Positions 25,341-39,123 of a DNA stretch of 64,000 nt are shown here, in pieces (the first letter of the stretch is position 1; each line of letters opens with the position of its first letter). The translations under genes were made by a program, and so were the position numbers. The notes under the pieces are model-generated. The model was not told the DNA's origin and ran no database searches. It was given only the letters and a program-made list of their open reading frames with translations. Source of the stretch: Setoptus koraiensis (taxonomy: Eukaryota > Animalia > Arthropoda). Location: NCBI GenBank assembly GCA_048013815.1, contig CM106585.1, positions 12,338,001-12,402,000 of the forward strand, written 5' to 3'.

Positions 25341-28300
25341 CCATGAGCGATGCTAATGAGCACCCGCTAATGAGTTGCGCAACGACGCACTGGCCGCCGA
25401 TTGTCTGGCGATTGTCAATACAGTTCAATACGCCTGCATTGTGCCAACACATTATGGCCGATACATCTGATACTCGACACTGATACAAAGCGAGCCAGTC
25501 TGGCCCGATTGTGCGGATAAAATCGGCCGGCCGAAACAAGTGGAAGTGGATATAGCAGCAGCAGCGGCAGCATCGGCGCTGCACTTTTTCAAACTCACTG
25601 CCAGTTCAACAGGTTTCTTTATCTCTCTCGCCGGCTCGCTGGCTCGCTTGCTGGCTCTTTGTCTCCGGCTCGTCTGTCTGGCCGCTATCGCGTTGGCCCA
25701 AACGACCGAGGCGTCGCTTGGCCATTCACGGTTGCTGCTGGCCGCATCATACAGTACTCGTTGTAATGATGCTGCCGTTGCTGCAATCAACGTCTATTCA
25801 TGATGTATAGCCCCAAGCGAAATGAATTGCCAACGCACACTGGACCATCATTAGGCGGCTACGCTAAATGTTTGTTCACCTGATCCCCATTTATCTCCAT
25901 TAAGCATGATACGTTACGATAAGCTGTGTCTGACTCAAATAACTTATTCATTGGCACTGCATCTCCTTTTGGCCGTTGCAGCATCATTCTTTTTTCAGCC
26001 CAATCCATTCAATTCAATTCGATTCTCGGCCATTTGAGCCTCACCATCGGCTCAACACACCATTCGGTCCATTCGGTGATCGGGCGGACATCGAGCGACA
26101 TCGGTAGCGTGTCAAATGAATTTGACTTGGCTCCTTCTGTCTCGTTACGCAACTGTAACGATTCGCTGTCGTTGGCGTGCTCTGTTGGGCCGATATAACT
26201 GCTGCTGCTGAGACAACCGTTGTTCTAAGACAACGACGGCAAGCCCCGATACACACAATATGCGTTTATGCACACCAATCGGGTATATACCGGTACAATG
26301 GGCACACAATGACAGTGCAAGCGTGCAAGAAGCAGCGCAAATTTGATATTATTGGATTCGCGCCGCTCACACACCGAAATGCCCCCAGTGCCCGATGTAC
26401 TCGAGTCTAAATTCGTCTGTTGGCCGTCAATGAGCGACCGAGCCGCCAGCAACAGCGCACACTATAAACATTAAAAACACTTTATACATTATATTGTTGC
26501 AGTTGTTGCTGTTGTTTGGGCAAACAACAATTACTGTTGCGACGTTGCGCAATTTAAATTTGGCAGCGGCGTCAGTTTCGACAAACAATCTCAAATTAGC
26601 CTATCCCTCTCGCGCGCTGGCAAACACAATGAGCGGAGCTATCTGACGACCAAAAGTCACCAGCTGGCTAGTTAGTACGCTCACACACACACTCACTCGC
26701 GGATCCATTGGTCTTGATTAGGCTCATCAATCAATCAACCTTGATTGTATCATGTGCGCCCATTTTTATCTCGCGTTCATTTGCATCTGCTGTCTGGGGT
26801 GGCCAGCCGCTGGCTGACTGGCTGGCTGGCCATGGCTTTTTGGCGAGCGCGAGCGACCATGATATCTCACTCACTCGTTATTCCACTCACTTGTTATTCC
26901 GCTCACTCACTTAGCTGGCGTTCAACAATATTCAAAGGAATATTATTTTTATAATATGACGTAATGGTCTTGTTTTCGTCAACATTGTTTTCTAATGGTG
27001 TTCGTCATCGACAATAGTTCAACAATTGGCACGGCCAAGTCGCTGCCAGTCGTCGGGCAATGTCGAGTGGCGCGTGCATTCGCGCTGGCCGGCGCAGACA
27101 CACCCGCTGGTTATTTGGCGCTCGCGTCGCTCGGCCCAAGCCTCAATTGATTCCATCGGCACACTCCCATGAGTTAAAATGACGATAAACGACTACAAGG
27201 TGAACGTCGTCGTCGTCGTCGTCGTCGTCGTTTGTATCATTGTTGCGCAATCTAACTGTGAGCCACGAACCACACACACAAACACACACAGCCAAAAGGC
27301 AAGGGCAACAAAATGCAAAGATGATCGCTTAATTCAATCAGCGTTATAATCAGATATTGTCGAGGTTCCATTGCGATATCGGCCGGACATCTCAGATCGA
27401 TGACCCCGCAGCCGATCGGACCCACGGCAAGCGGGGGCCGCGCGTCAGGCGCAGATTGGCCCGTCGAGCGACTCGACTCAATCGGGCTGCCCAATGAGCA
27501 AACGGATGGATTGTGAAATCACTCACTTCTGGAATTATCCCTGCAAACAACACAAAGAGAGTGATGCAACGCACATTTGCAGTGATACGCATAGTAAGCA
27601 AACAAAAATAAAAATAGTACAATGGACAGTGGCGAAAATAGATTGTACACAGCAACTGTTGCTCTACTCCGGCGCTATATCACCAAGACCATGCAGCATT
27701 ATTTTGCGTTACAGTGAAATCTCAGGTGAAATTGTGTCTATTGAGCGCGAATCAGACAGCTCATGAGCAGCCAATATTCGGCGCATTCGAGATTGGCTTA
27801 AATTGGAAACACTTAACTGCGTGATAGCCGGCGATCAATCACACCGTGTGTGTGTGTGTCTGTGTGTCTGAGCAAACACAACAACAGCAGCAACAACAAC
27901 AGCAACAACAGCAACAAGTGCCTTTCTAATCATCATCGCTATTTGGCTAACTGGCCAGCTGACTGGCTGCGGTGGCGGCCGCATCATCAAGCAATGGAAA
28001 TGTATTTAGTCAAAAGTTAATAAGAGAACGAGAGAAAGTTGTTATTGCGTAACATGATACCATGGCTATCCATTTCTATCATTGGCTTCATTAGGCTGTT
28101 GCTGGCTAGCCAGCAGCTGTTGTTGCGCGCCAGTCGGCCGGCCGGCCGACTGGCTGGCTGGAAATTTGAATTGCAAAAGTTGCGTGACATTATGATAAGA
28201 CAGTCTGTCTGTCTTGTTTATTATGTACCATTGTACATAATGTTACGCAACTGGCTTGTCTGTTTGTTAGCTATTACAAGTGTTACGGCAGCTAATATCC

Positions 28301-30858
28301 CATGGCTCAATGGTCGAGCAATCTGGTTGCGAGCGTTTAATGTTTGCTGTTGTATCAATGAGAGCAAACAAACAAACCAAATGTAATATTATGTAACCAC
28401 TGACAAAAGCGGCATCACTTTCGTTTCTCCGTTTGCAGCAGCTGTCCAATCGCTCAATCGCTATCTGGAGCGTTGCCGTATCGTCTGTTTCTGTGACTGT
28501 CTATCTGTTTTATGCATCGGACAACCGCTAAAGGCTTACAACTCATTACTCATTCCAGCGCACAGGTATAGTAGGGCGCCACATGTTTGCAACATTTAAA
28601 CAACCACTACTGTTGCACACTGGCGGACAGCTATGCCAAAAGCGGGCTCATTCACAACTTTTGAATGAATGAATCACACCAGTCCGCTACACTCTGGCAA
28701 CAAAGAGCCCAAAGTCAGATTGATAACTCACACACACACACACACACACACACACATTCGAAGCAACAAACATTGCGCCATTGGGCCAATCTAATCGCTG
28801 ATGCGATCGTATGCGTTTTGTCGGATTTGACTCCCAGACCGGACCGAATCGGACCGGACAAGAGCAAACCAGAATTGAGCGGACACACTCTGTCGGACAG
28901 TGCGACCGACTGACAGTTTGCTTGCGGCTGCTACCTGTTGCCAGCTGACGGCGCTTCCACAACGCCTGGGTGGCTGGTCCAAATAACGGCAGTCAGCACG
29001 CGCTTCTCACTAACAAAGTAAGATGTTCTTGGGCAACTTCGACACTCGCAAGCGGTAGTCGATTTTTAAGTACATTCGCCCGGCTTGTTTGAGGTTTGGT
29101 GAGTGGTCGGCGGCCCGGCCAGCGTGAGCGCCCAATCAATTCATTGGTGGCCGAGGAATACTGGCGCTGCACTTGCCAAAAGAATCGCATCGTAAATCAA
29201 CATTGGCCGCTCACTGCAACCTGTGCCTGTGCCTAAAAATAGCCCCGGCTGCCAATCGACAAAAACGCCAGATTAAACGGTGAGAACGTTAATTGAAACG
29301 GCCTGCCAAACGCCGGCCCGGCCGTTGTTCAGTTTCGAAATTCGAATGCCGACTACTCGGCCGACAACACCTTTGCATTTTCCATTAAATGTCGCTGCGT
29401 GTTTGTGCCTGTCCGGTGGCACGAATGGCACAGCCGACGCACGGCAATAAAGATAATTCCCTCTGACGCTCTTTCTAACATTTGTTAGCTCATATTCATA
29501 TATTATTCATATATATCCGCACTGGTGAGCGCAAATGTTTAATGGCTCTCTCACACTACTAGCATTTTATTTTCACATGAGCCCAACACCGCTGGCCGCT
29601 GGCGACTCGCGAGAAAACATATGAGAATATTTTGTCCGGCAATTTGGCCGCACAACTTTTGTTGGCGGTGGTCCGTTGCAGCAGCGAGCGGGCGACACTC
29701 GGCCGTCACAAGCTGTCCGTCTCGTTGTGTTGTGCCCGAAGATGGACGATAAATTGTGTGCGGCCAGAACGAATGAGATTTACGACAACGACGACGACGA
29801 CGACGAACAGTGGTGTGTTTGCAGACGGAATTGGCACAAAAACAACACTATTACGCCACAATTGCCGCTCTTCTATCTATAACTTGAGCGGCTCAAGTTG
29901 AGCAAAACAACCTGTGGCCGCCATCAACCGTCATTTATCAGTGCAGACACCTGTCCATTGGTCTGAGACAATGGGCCTCGGTATGTGTCCTCAAGCGCAC
30001 GACGGCGCCAAACGAGCACACGCGATTCGAAGTATCAGCTTCCACCGGATAAAGTGCCGATCAATCGCAGTCAGGCGATGCAACCATCGGCGATTCTTCA
30101 CACTTATGCAAATTAGCCATTGGGCGAAACAACAAAATGCTCGGCACAACAGACGGAATGCGAGCGCAACAGCTGGCTCGTTTTATTCCGCCTTTACGAT
30201 TCGATGTGTATTACTTTTTGAACACTCGAAAATAATACACATGCCACTGCTGCTGTCCGGTGGTGTCGATCTTGCCAGTGTCCCTGGCAACGGGTCGCTC
30301 TTTTTGGAGTTCTCCGGCAGAGAGATACTCGCAATTACAAGCATTCCGTGTGCCCGATTTCGCACACTATTACATAATGCAAACACGATGATTGGCTTGT
30401 TAGTTTGATAGCGCCATTAGTTGGCCGAGAAAGCAGCAGCAATGTGAGAGATTGATGCCGGCCGCCGAATTGTCTCATTATTGTTGTGCGCCCGGCATCG
30501 TTTACATAATGATAATCCGTTGAAATTTGCTCGTCTGTATCATCAAATTGTAGCGCTTCACACTCGATTACACCGGTACTCTTTGTGTGTTCGCCAGGCC
30601 TCTATTTGCCATAAAGTTGCATGTTATCAACCATTACTATTATTAACTGTGCGATTAAATGGCAACGGTCTATTTAATATCAGGCGGCGAGAAGACTGTC
30701 TGCATTCGGTGCAGCTTTGTTTGCCCAAGCTGCTCAACAATTTATCATCTTGCGTGTCCATTCAATTGTGTGTCGGTCTGGTTCAATTTCAATTCAGATC
30801 CTCGCAGCTTCTGGCGTGCCATTGTGGCTGATGGTCAAGCGATAATGAGCCATTTGCT

Positions 30859-30890
<32 letters not shown>

Positions 30891-33858
30891 CTGAGAAGCC
30901 ACGCCACCAAGGAACGCAACCAATGAATTCCGTACGGAATCATTTCGGAAAGCGCCCATCATCACATCGGCGCAACCGTTTGGGGCCGGCTCGTGAGTCG
31001 CACATATCACCGCTCGATGGATGTGCCGACTATGAGAAGCTACGGCACACATTTTTCTCTTGCCACCAAGCCACACTGTTGGTTTTGTCTCGAAACGAGA
31101 GAATTGTGTCAATGTTTCTGGACCATCCGAGCCGCATGGCAAATATCTTTGCGATTCTATTGATTCGCGAACAATTGCTGCTGGAATCAGACAGAAGTTG
31201 GTGATGGCGTGCACGGCCATTCAGTGACGCCAGTGATTCGCTCAATTGATCGCTGCCAGCAACAAGTTCGCGGCATGCGCCGCTTCCAATTGAATTCAAA
31301 TCCAATCCGAGCCGCTTAATTTAGCCTGACTGTCGATCTGACCATTTTACGATCCGACGAGCTAATGACAGCGACCCATTAACGAAAATTGGCCACTTGG
31401 CTGCATGAGTACCGGCCACTGGACGCTGCGGCGGATATGTGTTATGCATTCATTCGGCCAGCGACACTGGATATTGATGGCAACGCTGACTGGATATTGG
31501 TGACGACGCTGGCAAAACAAACAAATGTCTTGCTGGTGAGTTACGGCGCGCACCATGGCCCTCTTGTCAAGCGAGCATCAGACTAATCGCGTTGTAACTT
31601 GTTGGCCATCAAATCAATGCCCCAGCAATGAGTGCAACAGTCAGTCCTTTGTGCAACCTGTCACTACACACTGTCTGCAGACAGACAACTAGGTCTTACG
31701 TAAGCTGCTGATCGGCCGCATGGTCGTCGCAGTCGTGTTTGCAATAGCCCGAAGCTGGTGAATGGACCGACGTGATCGATGGCCGCCAAATCTTTCTTTC
31801 TCCCTCTGACGCCAGTCGTTGTCTAAAGATCAACTGGTATGGGCTGCCCGAAATCAACATTGATGATGATGATGACATAATCAATTCGCTGGCAACACAC
31901 ACTCACATGCACAGGTCATCGCATTGGCTCGAATGGGCAGCTTCTTGTGGCAGTAACGGCGGCTAGCAGCGGCTAGTAGGAGTAATCGCTAGATTATGCC
32001 CGTCAGCACGGCGAAAGAGACTACGATGCAGCGCCACATAACGTAGCTATAGTTCTTCGGCCGACGATGACGACGATGATGATGATGATGATGTAACTAT
32101 AAAATATAAAACTATGCCCATTATAATCGGCAAGGCGCAACTAATCTTCGCCACTAAAACACTATTACTGTTACATAGCTCGGCCTGGCCATTCTGTTCT
32201 GTTGGCATTACGTCAGTGCAATGGCACAAGTCCAGTCAATATTGACTGGCCATTGGAGTTGACTTTGTTAATGGTAAACAGTTGTAGTAGTTATTAATGT
32301 TGTGCTGTTAAAAAGCTAAAATATTGATAGAAGAAACTCACTGGACACGTCGCAATATAATTTGTCTTCTTATCTGCTATGCGTCTCGGCTAGCTGCTTC
32401 GCTGACTGGCACCACTGGGGTCAAACTAAGCACACACACACATACACTAGTAATGTTGCTGGTGGTTTGTTGAGAGAGACAGCACAATAAAACTAGCACA
32501 TATTTGTCAATTACAGCATGGCATGAGCATCTTCATGCCGACTGGATGCTGTTGCCTGGCAACGAGCCCTCTTGTAGCTCATGGCTTACAGTAGTGAGCA
32601 TCCATCGCCAGCGCTCTCTCTCTCTCTCTCTTGTAGCCGGCAAGTGGCAACTCAGTCTTGCGAGAACGAATTAGGCCTTGACCAATATTTCATTTGTTGC
32701 TTGTTCATTTGTTGAAGTCTTAGGCCGACTGAATGGCCTTGCCACTGCTGCACAATATCGCACAAAGTGAGCAACTCAACGTTGCGCTCACAGAGAGTCT
32801 CTGACAGAGAAATCTTCTCTATTCGTCTTGCCGTGACGCCGTGTGTCAGCTGTAGGTGAGGTGTCGATACCAATGACACAACACACATTTAGCACCCAAA
32901 GCAGCTAACAATAACAACGACAACAACAGCAACAGGTGCAATGATAGAGCTCAAGGGAAAGGTAACTGCCACTCGCCACTCGGTTTATTGGTGGCATCGG
33001 CAAAGTTAACAACAACAGTTTACAGTTAACTCGCTCGACAGCTAACAGTTAACAGGTGACTAGTGGAGCGTTAAGCGAGCTACATTGAGCAAGCTGCATA
33101 GCAAGTTACGTAATAAGTGTAAGTGTGATCTAAAATAATAACAGCAACAGCGGCTATTGTTACTATTGTTGGCCAAACGGCACTAGAGAGCTTATATGAG
33201 CGCATATATAAGCGTTATCATTTGGAGCGCACATATTAATGCTATTGCTGGCTGGATAAGTGAACAGCCGGCAAAAAGTGGGCCAGATCAGGTGATCGGA
33301 CACACAATTAAGTGTGTTGCATGCTGACTGGCCGGTCGGTCGGCCGACTGGCCAGTCATACAGCCAGCCTGGCTGACAAACAAACATTCGCCACTACTGG
33401 CCACTATCACGAATATATTTATTTATGAAGCTGGCCGGCAAAAGTGAGCGTCCACTTTCGCATTCGGTCATTCTGATGCGCGATTCAGATAACAGCAACT
33501 CACATTCAGTTGAGCGCATTCTCGCCAGATTCTCTAGATCTAGATAATTATATATCACAATTATTGTTTGTTGTTGCTATTATTTGTTATTTGTTGTTAC
33601 TTGTTGTTTGTTATCACATGTTGAGAGACATAGACAGTGGCGCTCAGTTGCGTCACATTTAATGCGATGATGTCTCTATCAGAAGGAGATTGTGAGTGTG
33701 TGTGCTAGTTGGACAAACACTATCTACCACTTACTGTAGATTGCTGGACATAGATAAATTGCACACAGGCTTCCTAATATTTGAATAAATTCACATCCAC
33801 AACAGCAACAGCAATGGCAAGATTGCTACTATTGTATATATTGTGGCACAAATATCAC

Positions 33859-33930
33859 CGAGCATATCGGAGCATATCCGAGCAATTGTGGGCATATCTG
33901 GGCACACTCGGATATATCAGAGCATGTCGG
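33859..33930. repeat. Degenerate 10-bp tandem array (consensus NGAGCATATC) x7
   Basis: Read directly from sequence. Confidence 0.65.
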
Positions 33931-36900
33931 AGGCATGAGAAGGAAATGGTAAATAGACACACAGGCAGGCAGGCAAGCAAGCAATCAAACAAACAAGCAA
34001 ACAAAGAGGCAAATAGATATCGCTGGCTAGATTATCATCGCACTGCAACGGTGGTCTGCCTAGCTCAATCTCGCCTATCGGCCAATCTGATCTTTACTAT
34101 ACTAATCTGATACTAGCCACAAGACCGATGCTAAACTGGCCAGGTAGTCCAGTGGTGCCACACATGCACAGCTTGATGTAATCTATGGGCCCGCGGAAGA
34201 AGGGTCCGGCGATATCAACATAAATGATCACTCGTATCTAATTATCACGCTCGACGCTACTGCTGCCGTTGCTGCTGTTCTTGATGGCCGACAGCTGACA
34301 GATGCCATTTGGAGTTGCTGTCGAGCGAACGTAAATACTCGGAAAAGATATTTATTCGCCGAGAAGACTGACTGCCCACACACATCACATGTATAAAGTT
34401 GTGGCTTGCAATGAACATTGTCGTGACATTTTCATGCGACATACAGCACCATTTCCTACTTCTAATGTTACAAAACATGTTGCACACATCATACAAAGCT
34501 CAATGTCGGACATGATAGGAATATAACAGGCCAATGCTCAGGCCAATAATTAGCAGGGGCCAGCAACCTTGTCCACTGGACACAAGCTCCGATGAAGCTG
34601 CTCCTGCAAAGTCCACCAGTGACGCAAACGTGCCACTTGGTCTAAATGGCCGCTCTGACTGCCCAACACCAGCCATTAAAACTCGCTGCCTGTGATCTGC
34701 TCAAACAAGTGTTTTTGTAAACACAGAGTTTGATAATGAAAAATTTTCTACATTTGTCCGAGAGAATCTGACTGCCGAAAGCGAGCATGTTTGCAGACAA
34801 TCAACAGCCCGGGCACGATGAGGGTCAATGTCCCGGCAGTCGAACGAAATGAAAACCAAATGAGCACGGCCAAACAAACAAATGAGCACGATTGAATCGG
34901 TGAAATACCAAAGCCGCGAAGAATGTTTCCACTTTTGTCAAATCATGCCTCGTTATGCCGAACTAGCACTTGATATAGAAGCAATAGCAATGGCAACAAC
35001 AACAACAATAACAATAATAATAACAATAACGATAACGATAATATTAGTATTAGTATTAGCAGTGACTGGAACAGCACTAATCATAATAATGGCTGACCAA
35101 ACACGCTTGGCAAAAGGGCAGGTAATTAGATAGTTAGCTGAGATAATAATAATAGATAATAATAATAATAGATAGTTAATGAGGCTATTGAGGAAGTGGG
35201 CTCTCTGGCCAGATGATTGTGTTGCGCTGGCCCGAGCAGTTGAATTGTTGCCGGCGTTGCTAAATGAATTCTTTATTTTCATTTATGTAAGCTGGCGCAA
35301 CACAAATAAAATGCGATGCAGTCCTTAAATTACATAATAATAACACTAGCATTGGTGCAAATCGGCAGCGCCGAGCCGAGTTGAGCCGGCATGCGTTTGA
35401 TGCTTGCGCCACCAGCGGACCTTACTAACTTTTAATTGCTCGCCCGGAATAACGGCTCGCACAGTGAGTTTGTAAGTCAGTGAGACTAAACTAAACAGTC
35501 TAACCAACAACGAAAGTGGCCACTATCATCGCTTCATTCGACTGATCCAGCAACGCTAATAGATTTAGCCCCTGCAAAAACTATTAGGCTGGCTCTGTTA
35601 GAGACATTAGAAAATTAGAAATAACTTACTAAAATCAAATATCGGCCAGCCGAGCGACCAGGCAACTGGGAAATTGTTGATAAGAGCGCTGTGTGCCGGT
35701 GTGTCGGGTGAAACATGGCAACAGTTGTGGTGATTCATCATGGCAGCCAAACTGGCGTCCGTCAGTTAGCAAGTGAGCCAGCTAACGGACGTCATCGCAT
35801 CGGCTCAACAGCTTGCCAGATAGATGACGGATAGGCACGCATTGGCGCCGTTTGATTGGGCATCGCCAATTAGCATTGGCAACGGCACCTGAAACGGCTA
35901 GCTAAAGAGCGCCAACAACAATATATTAGCGATGATGAGTGTTTACTTTGTGTGCAAATTTCCTTTGCTTAGTTTTGCCTTTGAAACATCATTTCACCCA
36001 TTACGTCCGCTGTTTAACTCATCATCGTCATTCCTGATTGCATAATATAATAATGCGCCCGTAACAAAGGCATTGACATGAGCGATGCTATGCTCGTCGA
36101 CTAGCTCACAGGGAGAACGGGCCAAAGAAGCCACCTGGGCAGAGGCAAAGCTGCAACGATTCTGACAAGGCAGAGCGAGAAAGCGATAGACAGAGAATAA
36201 GTTTGGAGAGAAGACAAAAAAGCGCCAACTTCTCCCATCGATTTTAATTGCCGACGCCGTGAAGACGAGAGAAAATTCTTTCTCTCTCTCTCTCACTGCT
36301 TGCGCCCGATGCTCGGTTTGAATTTCGAATGCGAATTGCGTTTCGCCAAGGAGAAAAGATAGCTCTCTCAACAAAAAATGAAGCTTCTTTCGGCGAGCTT
36401 TCAATATGCCAATCGGCTCGATAACGCCGACACATGGTAATGAAGCGAGCCATGAATCATTAGATTAAAATATCTTCCTATTTCTATGTATGAAACGCAA
36501 ATGCCATTGTCAGATTCATGCTAGATGATGCAAGAGTCACCTAAATCATGCATTCTCGGATTGCATCAATTCATAATCTAAGCTGGACACAAAAGATTAT
36601 TCACGATTACATACAGGCATCGCATATATATATCTCCTTACATTAAGAAGTAAATCATCCGATGAATACTGATCGATGACCATCGGCCCATCGGAGACGT
36701 TTGCGCGTTGATGGCATGGCCAAACTGACCACCTCTCTAAGTTCTACGGAGAGTTACACAATTTTTGACGAGTGGAAAAGTGATGAATTTGACTTATTGC
36801 TATTATCTCATTGCAATCTAAAATTTGATTTATGTGGCCACCGCTTATTGTTGTTGTTGCTGCTGCCGTTGTTTATCATGTGATATTATTAGAATGGATT

Positions 36901-39123
36901 TGAGTTTATTTACGCACTTGCGCGGCGCGAATAAGGCATCGCCCAACCAGCTTCAGTTAGTCACGACGAGATTAGTATCATCGCTTGGATATTAAAAATA
37001 AATGGATGATGTTAGCAAGTAAAGATCAGGTGGCCTTGTTGATCGCTTCTCAGGATCAGATCGGATTCCAAGAAGCGGCTTCCATGAGCTTACAACTGCT
37101 CAACTAATAGACTGACCCTCTAGTTGTGATGTTGTTGCTGCGGATTTGTCTTGGGATAAGTGGAAATTTAAGAGGTGAAGGCTCAATCCTCCAGGTGTTT
37201 TCTCTCTCCTTTCGTCTTGAAACCCACTCGAAGCAGCTCGTGTGGCGACTGCTATCAAAACTAAACGTTGAAACGAACGTACAAAGAATCCAAACTCAAA
37301 AGCTTATTTGGTCTCTCTTGGTGTTTCTAAGGCCATTAATAATAAAAATTGATGGTCAAGTGGTGATCATCATCACACCGACCACTTGTTGGGCTGCAAG
37401 CCTTATGTTCGAACAAGTTGATTTTTGTCTTATCTCAGTTTTGACAAGTGTGAATGACTCTCGAGCGACACGAGATATTCCATTCATCGATAGGCAATAT
37501 ATTGTAGTGGACTTTCGTTCATTTGGCTGACGAACGCGGCCATCAAGATTGATTGGCTTCTCGATCTCACCTTGATTATATTAATATTATAAACAAGAAG
37601 AGCGAGCAACAAAATACTATAGAGTAACAAATGAGAAGTTCAACGTTGCACGATCCAACTGTTATTCAATTATCGCCACTTGGTGCTCATTGATTAATTA
37701 AAAATGCCATAAAGAGCAAGCAACTTTCTATATACTCGCACGATACAATGCATTAGAAAGTCATTGGTCATCTCTTGGTGGAGTCGCTGCAAATTATAAT
37801 AGAAAACGAGTGGATAACTAAATGAGAAACTGGATGTAAAATAGCGAGGGGCAATCAACACCCTCACATAAACTTCATGCGAATGTTACCGTAATGTATT
37901 TGTAATCAACTACCAGCTGGCGAGTCTATTCCTCAGATGAAAGAGAGAAAGGCATGGGATAAAGCGAAAGCAAATAGCGAGAAGGCTCACAATCAATCAC
38001 TCTTTTCTCTTTCTGGCCATTCTACGGTTCCGTTATTTCTAATGCCTATCTATACCACAATAGATAAGCTAAAGGTTCTCTCTTCCAAGGTTTCTCGTAT
38101 TCCAGGTTGTCCTAACTAGCGATAGACTTGTACTAGTGATAGTGATAGTGAAACAATTAAGTTTGACCAAACGTCAAAATAAATTATTACCGACACTACC
38201 AACAAACAAACCCATCCAACAACCGACAAAATAACTGCTTTTGTCATAATACATACCAGCTAGTATCTATTCAGTTGCTTGAAAGTCAAATGAAGTCGAG
38301 CCCAGTCATGTTTGCTTGAATGGCTTGGTCAGTGACTTAATACAGGTAGTTTGGCAAGGCAGCCAGATAGAAACCTATTATACTACTATGATGATGACGA
38401 TGATGATCTCATCTGAGCTAACATAGACATAAACATAAACATAAATATAGATATAAATACAACAACAACAACGACAGCAGGAACAGACGTGCATGACGTG
38501 ACAACTAATTGAGGTGATAATTGAAAGTAAAAATGGTAATCTGAGATTTCAACTCTAGTCATCTTCCTATGTCTGTTTTGACAGCAATTGTTGCGTAGTA
38601 GTGCTGACAACTAGATGACGACACGAAGACAAACAACTGGAGGAAACGAAGTCTGATTTGCATAATCAGCGACACACAAAGTTAATTAAGATATTGCGCT
38701 ACTGCTCATTTGTTTGCTCGCAAACTTGTTGACCGGTCGAGACAGTTATTATTCTCTCTACTCCTCTCTTTAATTTGCTGCAATGCTATATAACAAATAA
38801 AGGAGGCGCAGGAAAACACACATTTTATCTTGGTCATGAGCCATGGAGCTATGAAGCCGTGAAGCCATGAGTCATGAGTAATTGTTCGACCGAGTAAATT
38901 ATTGGATTCTCAATTAAGCAAACAAACAACTTCTCAAGCACACGCGAAATTATTACTTGCACTTATCACTTGTCTTAGATCTGTGAGATAGCATCAGACA
39001 ATACACGACTCTAGTCCCTTACTCTCGTTCTCTAGTTAACTACTGAATTCTCTCAAGTTCGTAAGCGAGCACAATTCTACTCGGAACTAATATCAACAAA
39101 TAACGAGTATTGGTGTTTGATCA

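Noticed and set aside
31389-31586. LDIDGNADWILV as an FG-GAP-like repeat with a downstream GTGAGT donor
   Set aside because: The motif arises from a 23-bp local duplication (31466..31511); there is a stop just upstream and no acceptor.
37126-37530. 134-aa plus-strand ORF and opposite-strand frames in the AT-rich 36.4-38.3 kb region
   Set aside because: No domain signal, and no consistent exon chain could be built.
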